Positions 38,330 to 53,231 of a stretch of DNA of 64,000 bases are shown here, piece after piece. The position numbers and the translations under genes are program-made. The notes beneath the pieces were generated by a model. It had not been told where the DNA came from. It did not search any database and saw only the letters and a list, made by a program, of their open reading frames with translations. Location: contig OX597824.1 in NCBI GenBank assembly GCA_951406725.2, positions 46,438,001-46,502,000 of the forward strand, in the 5' to 3' direction. This DNA is from Octopus vulgaris. Lineage: Eukaryota. The first letter of the stretch is position 1, and every line of letters starts with the position of its first letter.

Positions 38330-39110
38330 TTACTCGATCAATTATGTATTGTATAACCTCTTTCACCCTTCCCCACTCGTGTGCTTTATGCACACTTGAT
38401 GGCCTCTGATGGAATGCCTTCCAATCCCGGTGTCATGACAGTGGAAAGACAGTGAATTCTTTCACTCAGCTCTTTAACGGCCAGAAGTGCACCTAATTCC
38501 TCAATCACTGGCAGACATTCTACTGTGGAGTAGTATTTAGAGTAACGCTCTATCAATCTTTCCATCTGCTTGACTTTTGTCTGTGATTGTTTCACCTGTT
38601 ACAGTCTTCAATAATACTGTTTTGCTCAAAGTTGGTACGATGGCCTCCCTTATCTCATACACTCCGTATATACCTTTTGTGTCAAATGATGGTTAAATAC
38701 CATTGCAAAGCTGTAGTTAGTTGTTATTAGCATAGCGTTTCGCTGTTTTCTTAGCCTTTCACTCTGCTGTTCTCAATGCTTGCCAGGTTGCGTGGATGGG
38801 GCGATGCTTATGTTCAAGCAATGCAGCACGCTTTGCCTCGATGACAGCGGTGAGTTTCTCGAATTTGTTTCAAACCAGTCCTGTGTCTTACACTGTTTCT
38901 TACTAGAAGTTTTCAGTGTAGTACTGTGGATGGAGTCCGTGAAAGAATCCCATCTCATCTATGCCTTTCCAGGAAGTCTTTAGGAAAACATCTTCCAGTA
39001 ATCTGATTAACTCTTCTGCTTTAACTGGGTGTCGTGTCATTCATCTTATATTTCCTTCAAAAGCTTGCAAAAAATGTAACTACCTCACCAACAACACTTT
39101 TAACCAACGA
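38330..39110 (-). mobile_element. Degraded RTE/BovB-like LINE fragment
   Basis: QDWFETNS, QMERLIERYSKYYS and PGLEGIPSEAIK motifs in broken ORFs. Confidence 0.7.
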
Positions 39111-41066
39111 TTGGTTGTTTTAGGAATGGAAGAGGAGTGTTGTGCAGGATTACAATGCAAGAACTTTGAAATATAAGTAATAAAAGGTGTTTTGAGTTAA
39201 ATGATATCTAAAGCAAGATCTGAACTTTTTTCTTACATTCTAACTTTATTTATGACCTAAAATGCCTCTGGCTCTTCTCTACCACCCTTGGATTGAACAG
39301 CCACCTCAGGCACCGGCACCCTTCACACCCACTAGGATGAAGAGGCTCAACCACTCAGTACAGATTAATGCCGACGACGACTTAGAAAATATTGAAATTA
39401 AAAAAAAAAAAACAACAATGCTTAGAAAATTCTATAAATACATTCCGCTTTTGTTTAAAGAATATTATTTTGTCGAGCTTAATAAAAATCTCACCGAGTA
39501 CTAGTATTCCGAGACGCGCAGTTTAAAATTGTTGGTTTAAAGCTCAGAATTCTTGGTTAAGAACGTAGCATCACTAATAGCAGCATAAGTTTGCAAAAAT
39601 AAATACATTTTCTTGAAATGAAATTCCACAGCTAATCTTCCAAAGCTGTATGCAGCTTAGTATTTGGTTCACTGACTAAAATAAAACAGGACCAAGCATT
39701 ATTGTCAGCTCAGATAAACTCTGCACATTCCGACGTGATGCAGTTACAAAAGTGAACTGGAAAGAATCCATAAGTTTATTCACTAATATTCATCTCTTAA
39801 TTAGTTTCATAAGGCCAATTTTTAAAGGATATAATCGAGTAATTCGATCTTAGTATTTGGTGGTGGTTCTGGCAATTTTTGATAGAAGTTTTTTCGTATC
39901 TGAAGATCATGAGGAAGAGTGACACACACTCAAATAGCTGCGTAAACCGATTCTTGAAGCTGCAGGACTTTTCTTCCTGTCTGCGCTTAGTAGTTTTAAA
40001 GTAAGAATCAATCCATATAATCTGCTCCCACTCTTCTTTGTTTATATATGTGTGTGTGTGTACATATATACTTGCGTATGTGTGTGTGTGTGTGTGTGTG
40101 TACAACGGGCTTCCACAGTTGCCGTCAACCAAATTCACTCATGAGGCTAAAGTAGAAGACTTGGAGGTCTGACCACAGTGGATCAGCAGGTTAAGGTGGC
40201 TGCAGTGACCAGAAAGCTTTAGGTTTTACATGGGAGTGGCATTCTCCTAGGTGAATTACAGAGGTGAGCTCCACCTGCCCTGGAATTGCCGGAAGGGTGT
40301 CAAAGAGGACACCGGAGCCACCGGAAAGATTCTACTCCTTAGTTTGCTGTCGAGGTTGACTCCCCAAGCATTTTCCTTTGCCAAAACACTCACAAGGCTG
40401 TGAGGGCTTGTGCTTGGAGTTTCTTCGATAGCACGCTAATTTACCTAGTGTAGGGATCCCGATAGGCGCTGCTATTTCGGTTAAGAATAGGCCCGCGAAC
40501 AATTGTGGCTAAGAGATGACTTCACACCCACCAAAACCCTGAAACTCCCGAACCAACACTGGATGCAGTTAAAATCATACCCAGACAATCTATAATAGAA
40601 ATAGAAGGTAACGTCGCGTGTGTTCAGAACTTAGAGTCATCACTGTGCAGTAGTGTCTATTAATATAAATAACTGCGCTATCTCTTTCCCTACTTATCGT
40701 CTCCCAAGAGAAACGACTCTCATCTTATTGGATTTATCTTTGGTTACTAATAGATTAACTTGAGTGTTACGTATCGTATGGCAGGTATGTTGGGAACATA
40801 CTTTTTTTATCGTTGATAAATATCAGGCAATGTTACGTCTTTAATTGATAAATAAACAATAGTATTGCTATTGATAACCTTTCGCTTCTAACTACGTTGT
40901 TTCGGGTTCAGTCTCACTGCTCGGCACCTCGGGCAAGCGTCTTCTTCTAAAGCCTCGTGAGTGAATTTGGTAGGCGGAAACTGTTTGGAAGCCCGTCGTG
41001 TACAGACACACATGTATGTATATATGTATATATATATATGCCCACCCTCTCTCTCTCTTTCTCCCC

Positions 41067-41112
<46 letters not shown>

Positions 41113-41733
41113 ATATATATATATATATATAAGGCAAATCAAAAATTAAATAAAGAGAGAAATATCAGACGTATACAGTGAATATATTAAATTGACACTC
41201 AGTGAAAGTTATAGATAGAAAAATAGGAGTGAAAATTGACATTTTAAACATGCCATTTCATCGTATAAAGGAAAAGATCCGGAGGGGGAGGAAAAGGAGA
41301 AAGGAGAGGAAAGTTCGGAGAAAACCACGTGTATTACATGGCCGTTACACATACATACATATATACATACGTATGTATGCATGTCGTTACACACACGCGG
41401 GGCGCGCGCGTGTATCGAAGGGGCATGGCCTAGTAGTAGTAAGGGTGTTACACTCACGATCGCGAGACCGTACTTTCAAGTCCTGAATCGAGTGCTGTCA
41501 AGTGTTCTTGAGCAAAACTCTTCATCTCATGTTGCTCTGCGATCACTTCGACACCTGACATGTGGTACATTGTGCTTCTGTTCAGGCAACGTTGATTTGA
41601 TGGACGGAATGAGTTATAAAATACAGCACATGCATCTGATCACTTCAAACAAAATATTTGCGCAAGTTGTTCAGCGAGAAAGTGCACAATCGTCTTTCTA
41701 GGACTACCAGAGACAACTATCATCATATGTATA

Positions 41734-41774
<41 letters not shown>

Positions 41775-41953
41775 CAACAACAACAATGATAATGATAATA
41801 AAAACGTGAAAGGCCAGGTGCATTGCATACCGACAACATTTGAAGTGCGACTGCAAGGTTTTGGCAGTGAAAGGCGTTCATTTCTCAACACAACGTTAAT
41901 AAAGCAGAATAAAAATAACAAATGAAGACATAAACAAACACATACTTATAAAC

Positions 41954-42039
<86 letters not shown>

Positions 42040-42252
42040 GTGTGCGTGTGTGTGTGTGTATAAACACTAGACCATTAATAGCAACAACACTTGAAGGTGT
42101 AACGAGATTTTAAGAATGCTAACGACGCTACAGCTCTTTGTTAATAAGAACATTCAGGAATGGCGATAAACGATAAGGACGAGCTGTTGTTGCTGGGATC
42201 TACTCCCGCTCTCTTAACCCAGACGCGCACACACACATATATATGTATGTGT

Positions 42253-42340
<88 letters not shown>

Positions 42341-42377
42341 GCACATACGCAAACACGTATCTTTGCATAGATATGAA

Positions 42378-42416
<39 letters not shown>

Positions 42417-42599
42417 TAGAGAGAGAGAGAGAGAGATAATAATAATTATCAAAATAAATATACACACATGTATAAACACACGCACGCACACACACATGTC
42501 TGTAATATTTATTTAGTTTCCTGTATATTTGCGTATTTATGAAAGATGGCAGGTACAGGCACGTGTGCAATTATTTCTGTATATACATATATATATATG

Positions 42600-42656
<57 letters not shown>

Positions 42657-42866
42657 TAATATAGGATAAAATGTTTTTCAGAAAAATATTTCATCAAAAG
42701 TGGCAGCATATTAAAAAACCTTTAAAGGTTGAAATTATAAACAACTTATAAACAAGGGCAAAAGAAAAATTATTTCTATGCCAATATGCTGAGAACAGAC
42801 TTTAGATCGTCAAATTTAACATTTCATTATACATTCACTTTTTTTTCTTTTGCCCTTGTTTATAAG

Positions 42867-42940
<74 letters not shown>

Positions 42941-42979
42941 AGATAAATAGATATTAGAGGGAAACCACTATGTGGACAC

Positions 42980-43359
42980 CCTTATGCTAGAAATAGATCC
43001 GCTATGGTCTAACCACTAAGAAATATTCTTAAGAAAAATTTAGCAAAACAACCAAAACGTAATCGAGCAAGACAAAAGAAAAAGCAATAAAAATATGGAT
43101 TATTCGCGTACATGTTTCACTATTAACATATTGCAGGACTGCAAATTATATTCATCTGGACGGTCGCACCGATGATCTACGGACATTTATGTAAGTAAAA
43201 TTACGTAATATGTTAATAGTGAAACATGTACGCGAATAATCCATATTTTTATTGCTTTTTCTTTTGTTTTGCTCGATTACGTTTTGGTTGTTTTGCTAAA
43301 TTTTTCTTGAGAACATCTCTTAGTGGTTAGACCATAGAGGATCTATTTCTAGCATAAGG
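42980..43359. repeat. 155-bp inverted repeat (inverted PLE pseudo-LTR)
   Basis: Arms 42980-43134 and 43205-43359, near-identical; a diverged relative lies at ~47025-47165. Confidence 0.9.
43164..43235 (+). ncRNA. Type I hammerhead ribozyme-like motif, CCGATGA core
   Basis: tcgca-CCGATGA-[extended stem II]-GAAA-CATG-TA-cgcga; palindromic stem III ACATGT. Confidence 0.6.
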
Positions 43360-46177
43360 AGGAGAAAAAGGAGGAGGAGGAGACATCGCGGAATTCTGTA
43401 GAAAATTACGACAAATACAACGAGGACGAATCGTTGGTCCGAAATAGGAATAACTACACCCCATCAAAAGGTAAGAACAAAACTCTTGATCACTTCTGTG
43501 AATACATCTCGAATTACCCATATCAACATATGCTCAAACAAAAACACAAACCAAACTTCAGCAAAAAAGAATGTTCTGAGCTGAACAAATTAAAAGATGA
43601 CAAAACAATAACAATCAAAGAGGATGATAAAGGGAGTGCAGTTGTCTTAATGGACACGGTATTCTATATAACTCTAGTACTATCCATATTGGAAGACACA
43701 ACATATTATGAAAAGGCCCAACACTACAGTGAGCAGAAAATAATGACCTAAATTCCTTGTTAAACCTATACAGAGAAGAGCTCACTGACAAAGAATATGG
43801 CTATATGAACAAAATTCAAAAGTAAAACCAGTCAATTCTACGGTATTCCCAATATACACAAAAGTGAGAAAATAAGTAACGCATGCAAGATAGCCACAAA
43901 CATAATAATCAAAGTCCCTACTCCTAATGACCTCAAATTGAGACTTATAATAGCAGGTCCCGCATGCGAAACCCACCGCCTCAATAACTTTTTTGATACC
44001 CTCTTAAAACCATTCCTCAAGCATACCAAAAGCTATATAAGGGACGACCTGGATATGCCCAGTCACCTTCCTGAAGCAATAAACAAAAACACCCTACTAG
44101 TATCCTTCGATGAACTAGTATCCTTTCATGCAGTCAACCTCTTCCAATATCCCCCACAACCTAGGAATAGAGGCAATTCAATTCTGGCTAGAGAATTACG
44201 CCAATGAACTCCCACATCGCATCAAAAAAGAATTTGTGATAGAAGGGCTAAAATTCATCTTGGAAAATAACTGCTTCGTCTTCAAAGACAACTTCTATCG
44301 ACAAAAATCAGGGGCTGCAAAGGGTACAAGAATGGCCCCCTCCTTTGCTAACCTAGTCATGGAATATCTAGAAATTAGTCTTTATCGTAAGGTTCTAGAA
44401 AGATACGGCAGCCCAGTCTCCCTCTACATTGAAAATAACTGAAAGAGATACCTGGATGACTGTTTCATTCTGGCATGAAAATATAGAGTGACTTAAAGAA
44501 TTCCAAGCACTTATAAATGGATTTGACGTAAACATTCAATTCACGATGGAGTATAACCATTAACAACTTCCCTTCCTCGACATCCTCATTAAGAAATCTA
44601 ACAACGTAATAGAAACAGGTATATAAACTATAAGCCCACAGACTCCAAGCAATATCTACCGTTCAACTCATGCCACTCCAGACACACCAGAATGAATATC
44701 CCCTTCAACCTAGCAAAAAGAATATGTACTAGAGTTTTTAATGCAAACATTCGAGACACACGACTACATGAGCTAAAGGATACACTCATCACCAGGAACT
44801 ACCCACCATCACTAATTGACATATGCTTCAACGTGCCCTTCAACTGAACATCCAGGAACTCAGACATCCCAAATTAAAGAAGGGGTTACAACCAAAAGCC
44901 CTACCATATATCTCCACACACAACCCCCTTAACAATGAAGCCTTTGACACCATCCTTTCAAACATTCCCCTGCTAAAAAAGGACCACAGAATGAACTTAA
45001 TCCTCCAAACGCACACCATCATAAAAAGCAAGAGACAACCCAAATCTATGAAAAGTCTCCTAACACAAACCCGAATACGCTCATCAACAACACAGAAGCC
45101 GTCAGTAAAAAATGCGGAAGACCCAACTGTAGGATATGCGTCAATTTAATTGAGGGATCAGAGTTCACCTTCAAACAGGGACAACGTTTCACAGTGAAAA
45201 GCATGTGCTTCGGAGAACCTGATATACACACTAACCTGTTCTGCGTGTCAAGAGCAATACATAGGCCAAACAAAAAACAGTCTACACAAAAGGATGGCTC
45301 TGCACAGATCCCAGATCAAAATTCCCCAAAACCGAAAAATAGCATTCAGCCAACACATCGACATTTGCGCCAATAACAAAATTCCAAGCTTCAGAATTTC
45401 CCCCTCTATCAATTCAGGGACGATACAACCTGTAGCCACCGAATTAGTAAACAGACTCTCTTCATTACAAAATACAGACCCCTTTTGAACACTTCTACAA
45501 CAAATGACATCCATCACGGCCTAAGAATAACACAAACACACACGCAAATATTAAAAATGATACACTCAAGAGATTCTCAAGAATTCATTAAAAGCAGTTC
45601 CAGTCACTGCTATAATCCATAACGAACCACATAACTTTTAGGTCACTTGACCATTTAACATCCTACTACTATCATACCACCTACATTTCTTCTTATTATC
45701 TCTTCTCTTTCTCCTTCTTCTTCGACTTCTTCCTTTCCGCTACCTCCTTCCTAACTACACCACTATTGCTGTTTAGAATAACACCTACGCAAATTCTATT
45801 AACAATAGACTCAAAAGAGATGTCTCAAAAATTCAATCACTACTATCATCCACAACAAGTCACTTTCAGGACACTTGACCATTTAACATCCTACTACTAT
45901 CATGGCACTCCCGCATTCTCCTCCTCCTCCTCCTCCTCCTCCTTCTTCTTCTTCTTCTTCTTCTTCTTCTTCTTCTTCTTCTTCTTCCCTGCCAAGAATT
46001 CACAACGACCTCGAACCCACAAGAGTAAACAAGGGAGACAGAGGCAGGCAGAAACAAGGAAAACTTTTCCAAAATTTAATTGTTTTCCATACTTACAGCT
46101 GAAAAAGTCTCAATGACTGAAACCGGTACTGAAATGTTTTTTATAAAATTATTTTAGCATTTTGTACCTTGACTTTT

Positions 46178-46180
<3 letters not shown>
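43360..46180 (+). mobile_element. Penelope-like element (Neptune-like), degraded RT and GIY-YIG
   Basis: DKGSAVVLMD, RLIIAGPAC, YIRDDLD, GTRMAPSFANL, RYLDDCF, LPFLD, linker CGRPNCRIC and endonuclease remnant to ~45490; 3' end carries a hammerhead motif and runs into (TA)n. Confidence 0.9.
46093..46134 (+). ncRNA. Minimal hammerhead motif with G8A change (probably inactive)
   Basis: ttacag-CTGAAAA-agtc tcaat gact-GAAA-CCGG-TA-ctgaaa. Confidence 0.65.
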
Positions 46181-46248
<68 letters not shown>

Positions 46249-46251
46249 TTG

Positions 46252-46282
<31 letters not shown>

Positions 46283-46531
46283 TGAAATATAAGGATAAAA
46301 TCTGTAAAGGATTTATCAAGTAGCCAGCGTGGAAAGCCAATTGAGGAAAAAATTAATACAAAGTATATAATTTTTTTCCTTAAGTATACAAAACTTTATT
46401 ATACCAAAGGCTATTACTATAATTAACGCCTCACGCTGTAATGGAACTCTAAAGTCAAACTACTTCAATAAATATACACAGGCACCGAAATCGGGGGAAT
46501 AAACATAGAAGATCCTTTAAAAAGGTTTAGG

Positions 46532-46591
46532 CGTATATCGTTAATGATTTCATGGTCAGCAGGTATAATATGCTCTCCAGTCATCGGCACA
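46532..46591 (-). ncRNA. Type I hammerhead-like motif, CCGATGA core
   Basis: Minus strand tgtg-CCGATGA-ctgg...ccat-GAAA-TC attaac GA-TA-tacg; near-palindromic stem III; weak stem I. Confidence 0.55.
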
Positions 46592-46885
46592 ACATAACCA
46601 GAAAATATAAATATAAACATCTCCGGATACTAAGCGAACAACAACGCATCCAGCAGAGCATATACAAATATTCACACTTATATATCAATGAAAGGTGGGC
46701 TTCTCAAGTTCATCTCGGCCGCACGTGTATAATCGGAACAATTCAGCACTGAATATATTCCGGTTTAATTTATAAATAAAATATAAGGATAAAACCTATA
46801 TAAGATTTATCAAGGACATGAGAAGCCCACCCTACTTCATGGATATATATAAATGCAAAGATTTGTATACGCTCTAGTAATATGT

Positions 46886-46935
<50 letters not shown>

Positions 46936-46964
46936 CACATACATACATACATATATACATATAT

Positions 46965-47023
<59 letters not shown>

Positions 47024-47284
47024 AGAGGGATGACCACTAAGTGGACATCCAATATACTAGATGTAGACCCCATATGGTCTGACCACTAAAAAAAGATTGT
47101 TCTCAAGAAAATTCAGCAAACGCCAGAACGTAAGCGCGCAAGGCAAATGAAAAGATACAAATTTAGATACAGATTTTTTCAATATGCTAGGTCACTGGTT
47201 TTAAATTGATATTAATCAAATTAATATTCAATTTTTCACTCTTATTATTTAAATTTATATATATGTACATACATACATACATAC

Positions 47285-47315
<31 letters not shown>

Positions 47316-47459
47316 TGTATGTATGTATGTATGTATGTATGTATGTATGTATCAGCTGAAATTGCGGAATATAATCTGGTACTCGACTGAGGAAAGAAAA
47401 CTTCGAATGACCCGTCCTTGTTTTCTTTGTATCGTCTATCTGGATGTTTTATTGTCCCA

Positions 47460-47552
<93 letters not shown>

Positions 47553-47612
47553 GTGTATTTATGTATGCACGTATATGAATGTGTGTACATGTATTTGTGC
47601 ATTTCGTCCTCC

Positions 47613-47655
<43 letters not shown>

Positions 47656-48381
47656 TATATGTATATATATATATATACAGACACACATACGTACGCCTAC
47701 ACAGAAATGTGTATGTGTTTGTGTGCGTATGTATGAGTGTGTGCATCCACACAGTCATAAGGTATGTATGTACATTAGTGAATGTGTGTCTCACCTGTAA
47801 GTTTCTCGCCTGAGCGTATGTAGGCTGCTTCAAACACACACGCACCCACTCACGCACTCACGCACGCACGCACTTGGTAATTATTACTTCGTTGAACAGA
47901 AATAATGGTAGCAAAGTCAGTGGAAATATGCTTCATTGTAGACAACCACTTCACAGTGAGTGAAATGAGTCAGCCATTCCGAACCATTTTCACGTTCCTA
48001 ACAAATTGTTGGAGCAAATATTTCTCTACCTACATCACTTTTTCAAAACTTATTCTCCAAGAATTGTACTCAAGTCTCAGCTAAATATGGCTACGCCAGG
48101 TTTTATTTATTAGTATGTATACATCTGTTTGTCTATCTGTCTGTTTGGTCTGCCTGTCTGTCTGATCAGTCTGTCTATCTGTCAGTATGTGTGTGTGTGT
48201 GTGTGAGTGCATGTGTGTCTGTCTGTCTGTATGTATGTATGTGTGCGTACGTATGCACCTATGTATGTATGTATTTTTAATACACAAATATGTGTGTATG
48301 TATGTTTCTGTATATGTATGTGTGTATATGTATGTATATATATGTATATATATGAACGTGAACATATATGTATATATAGGC

Positions 48382-48433
<52 letters not shown>

Positions 48434-48989
48434 GTGTGTGTGTGTATACCAGAATAAGCGCATAAATGTGAAACAAGGTGGAAAAAATAGTACTCGAAAA
48501 CGGGAGATAGAATTATGATTTATTAATAAAATATATATCTGTATGTATGTATGTATGTATGTATGTATGTATGTATGTATGTATGTATGTATGTATGTAT
48601 GTATGTGTGCGTGTGTGTATACATATGTACACACACACATATATGTAGCTACTCGCATACACGAGCTTGACGTAACTCTCGGTTGTCTATCGTTTTCCGT
48701 CTGTCTTGTTCGTTTGCCTGAGGTGGTCTATCCATAATATGTCAAATCAGCCAACTGAGTAGTAGAGCTCTGCTCTCTTGTAGGCGTTAAAATGGCTCAT
48801 GAAATTGCAAGTTACCTCGATATTCTCCGTGCTCGAATTCTCGTTGCCGGAGGACTTCAAGAGATTACTCATTTAGTCTCCGTGCGAGATCTACGACATT
48901 TTTAAGGTATCAGAACAGTTTTGGTGCTAGCGCACACAGTTGCACTTAGCCATGTTCTTTGAAATTAGCTACTCAACCGCGAGAAAAAC

Positions 48990-50660
48990 GGCAGCGCTAG
49001 GGAAATAAGCGTGATTACATCTCTTGGTGTACCTTCAATAAGGCACGTCTTTTATATGTACGACACTATTTCCAAATATCGGTTCCTGGTAGGTACGGGA
49101 GCAGCTTGTAGAATTTGGCCAGTGACCTTCTTAAGCGAATCGCGAAAATCGACAGTAATAACCTTGCAAGCTGTTAACCATTCTCTTATTCTCACTTACA
49201 GTGAGAAATCTGTGACCTTAAATCTTAATTTGTGATGTCAATTCAAGTGGATTTTTCTGGTGTCGGATCTTGCATATTCTATCATCGTGCTGATTTTATA
49301 CTCTGAAAAGAATTTATCAGAACAAGGTACGCGCATTAAATCTGCTGCTGTTGATTCTCTTTTCTTTGTGCCCTCTACATCTAATCGTTATCACACGATT
49401 CTTCAAACATTTCCAGACATCACTCGTACCGTTTTTAAAACAGGAATCCAGTACACTCAATTACGCATCATATCAATGAAGGACCTCTTGTTTCATCGTG
49501 AACAGACGAGTCACTGCTGCCAAATTAAAAATAGCAAAGGAATGAATTTGACCACTTGTTGGACCTCGGAATAATTCGACCTTCCTGTAGTAATTGGTCT
49601 TCGCTGTTTATAGTTCCGAAGAAAGCTGAGGGAGATAGGCATCCATGTGGAGACAACAGACGTTTGAATGTTTTATCTGTTCCTTATATTCATGATTTCT
49701 CAGCTTTTTTTTTATATGTTTGTACTGTTTTTTCGATAATCAGCACACACTCATAATCAGATTCCCACAGAACCTGCTGGTGTTCTCAAAACAGCGATAA
49801 CTTTTCCTTTTGGCCTTGCCGAATTTCTTAAAAAATATATTTTGGTCTTAGATGTGCTGCAAATACTTTCCAGCGGTTTATTGACGAAGTTACTCTTTGT
49901 TTAGACTTTGTGTTCGCCTGTATCGTTGACTTGTCGATTGCTAAGCCTACCGAAGATCAGCATGAACAGCGTTTGAAACAACGTTTTACTAGGTTATCAC
50001 ATATGGCGTCGTAATTAACTTAAGCAAATGTCTTTTTGGTGTTTCTTCAATCTCATTTTTAGGACATATTATTGATAGAAGGAATCCAGCCGTCGAAGGA
50101 AAAAGTAGATACGGTTACAAATATTCCTGTTCCTACATCATTGAGGAAGTTACGAGAGTTTCTCGGGTTTATTAACTTCTACTGGCGATTTATCACGTAC
50201 TGTACAGAGACAATATATCGACTAACAAAATCACTACGTAATAGTAAACGGAAAAATGAAACTATTTAGCTCCGACAGAATTACAGTTTTTTAACGACAT
50301 TAAAGAACTAGAGTTAAATTGCTAGCCCATCCGATACCAAATGCACCCCTATCACTAATGGTAAATGCATCTGACGTTGGAATCGGAGGAATACTCAACA
50401 GTTTGTTCAAAATTACTGGCAAGTTCTACTTTCGGACGAAAGTTATTGACCTTAAGTTAATTGTCAGTAAAACACTTTTGCTATTTCTTTGAAGGAAGAA
50501 CTTTCACCATCTGTACTAATTATAAACCATTAACCCAAAACGGTTAAATATTCCCCAAGAGACATTAGACACCTTGTATTTCACAGTTTACGTTGGAGAT
50601 ACGTCATATTAAAGGTACTGAAAATTATGCAGCAGACGCACTATCCCTTATTTATATCAA
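48990..50660 (+). mobile_element. Heavily degraded Gypsy pol remnant
   Basis: FLVGTGA (protease), GIIRPSCSNWSS...CGDNRRLN (RT), LRKLREFLGFINFY and RNase H remnant; LTR pair not found. Confidence 0.85.
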
Positions 50661-53185
50661 TGTGTTGCAAACTGAGGATACTATTTGTATATATTACAAA
50701 CTTATTGCTTAATCATTGTCAAATGAACTTTATCTCAGCATTTATTCTGTATTCAATGCATGTTCTTTTTCGCTTGTGTTGGCATATTGTATTTCTATGT
50801 AATTTCGCTATTTAGTTGATTCGTTCTTTCTGTTTACACAGTAAATCACTGGAAGAAGACTCCTGTAGGTATTCGAACTACAGATGCTAGGTAGGGATCA
50901 CGAGTGAGCCATCACAGTTTCACGTGATTCATCTATACATTGACCAATCAGCGTTAAGCTGTGTGCGGTATGGCTCCTCGGATGATTTAAACTTCACCCC
51001 CTTTTCACCCTTCAAAACAGTTTGGCGCCTAAGTCACAAAGCAGACAACCCCAGGCAAGCGAGCAAGGCAGATGGCTTCGGGCAACTGAACAAGGCAGAC
51101 GGCCTCGGGAATTCGCGTAGGCCACCTGGGCACTCACAGAAGGCAGATCACTGAGACCAGATCATCTTGGACATTCAGACAGACCAGCTCGAGCAAGAAA
51201 CGATTTCGGATACTCACACAACATGTACCACAACTAACCTTCTACATGACACGGTGCGGTTCTCTCTTCCCATTCGGCAGTTTTATTATCAGCATCTTTC
51301 TTTCGTAAACAGTAAATCATGTCCAGTAATAAATATATTAAAAGGTAGAAGGTTTTGTTTTGCTTCATTTATTATACACGCAATCAGCTTGATCACACGA
51401 CAGTGGTCTTCAACAAATACAACACACACCAACAAGCAACCACCACAACATCGATGGACAAGTACCCTCACGACGTTGGTGACTATGCAATTTCACAACA
51501 ATGGTATTACTTTCTCCAACAACCAACTTTTTCTCATCGACCAGTTCTTCTGAGTACAAAACGTTTCCTTAGCTCGAATGAATATCTGACTTTCACAAGT
51601 AACATGGACATTTTACATAAACTCGTTATTAACCAAATAAATAGCTAACATTTTAAGAACCACTCAAATGATCCACCTATGTTTCATCACATTGGAGTAA
51701 CTCAATGAGATGTACCTCTTTGAGATGTACTGAGTAGCCAATAGAAATTGTACTGTTTAAATTTTCATTATGGAGTAACACACTTTGAACTATTTAAAAA
51801 CAATCGTCACTTTTTGGGGCTATATAGAGTCACACCCATTGTATATCAGCTCTAAAATATCGTTCGATCTTTTTCACATGTTACAGATAAACGCTATTTC
51901 TTTTACGCTCCGATGAAATACTGACATCTCGTGGTTGAACGCCGTTCTTCAAAATTCATGTCAAAATCATGTTCAAAAATCCCACTTCTGTCTTTAAATG
52001 GAAGAAGCGCATCATAATTTTGGCACAGGTACTTTATCCGAATTGGGCATTGCCCAAGTTGTAGAATTCAGGTTCGGACATGTAAGTTTCTGCCTATTTT
52101 TTGTATTGTAACTCGAAGTTCTGAAATAGCACTCGTCACAAGTGGAATGCCTTTTATAAAAGGCCAGCTCGACCAAACCTGACCTGGGACCAAACAACAA
52201 TAATAACAAAAATCACAATAAATGACTGTTTTTTTTTTAATATTCATCTAAATAATACTTATCTTTAACATTGGCACAAAGCCTCACATTTATATAGGAG
52301 TCAATTTAACTGATCTACAGTACCTCATAGAAGTATTTTGTTGATGGAAAGAGTAAACGCCAAGTACAGACGCACATTTTGAAAAATCGCCACTACTTTA
52401 CATAGTCCTCCGTTAAAGTACTGCGGTAGTGATATATATACATATGTATAGATGATGATTTAGCTTGAACTCGAGTCATACGTATTTGGTGAGAAGTGTA
52501 GGTTCACGATGAAAGAAAAAGTCGAATTTGAACCCTGAACGTAAAGAAACAAAATTAAATGCCACAAACAGTTTTGTTAGAAGCTTCCTCAATTTTGGCA
52601 TCTGCCACTGTGTATGAATATACTCCTATAATATCAATATACGTATATACATATCTTGGCAAATATACGAGCGTGCAAGCAAATGAGCAAACACGACGCG
52701 CGCGCGCAATCTCTTTTTCTTTTTTTTTTTTATACCTTCAAATATATACATACCATATATCCCATACACATCTTAGATTTTCAAGGATAAAAACAATTAA
52801 ATGCTGCTTTATGGGACACCTTGTGTACACATGCATACAATGAAGTCTGCGTGTGTATGTGCAAGGTGGATGACGTGTGGAGTGGCATAAAATACACACC
52901 CAGCTTTAAGAGTGTAGGGGAAATTACTGTTAAAAGATATACATCTGTTTCGTTCATTATCCTAAAATCATCATTACATTTATTTTCCTCCTCACCAATA
53001 CCTACTCCCTGTTCTTTTCAAACCACTTCAGCTGTGCTAAGTTCTTCCACTTTGTAGCTCGTTGAAGGAGATAACTGAATTTTTTCATTCTTAATTTACT
53101 TGTTAATGTCACCTTTTTTACAGATAGAATCTTATCAACGATGTTTCTTTAGTTAGGAATGGTTGCTAGAGTTAGACGTGTGTGT

Positions 53186-53231
<46 letters not shown>

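Noticed and set aside
40150-40620. GC-richer block of unknown origin
   Set aside because: Probably a retroelement UTR fragment; no motif I can assign.
47380-47420. CTGAGGA-aag aaaa ctt-cGAA motif
   Set aside because: Lacks A15.1 and stem I pairing; too degenerate to call.
40888-48737. Many ORFs rich in YI, HT, CV, RE or poly-S/R/F (also near 5073, 10109, 26459, 28061, 59476)
   Set aside because: Translations of (TA)n, (CA)n, (GA)n, (TATG)n and (CTT)n microsatellites.
50864-51650. TG...CA-bounded block that could be a solo LTR
   Set aside because: No TSD and no second copy in the window.
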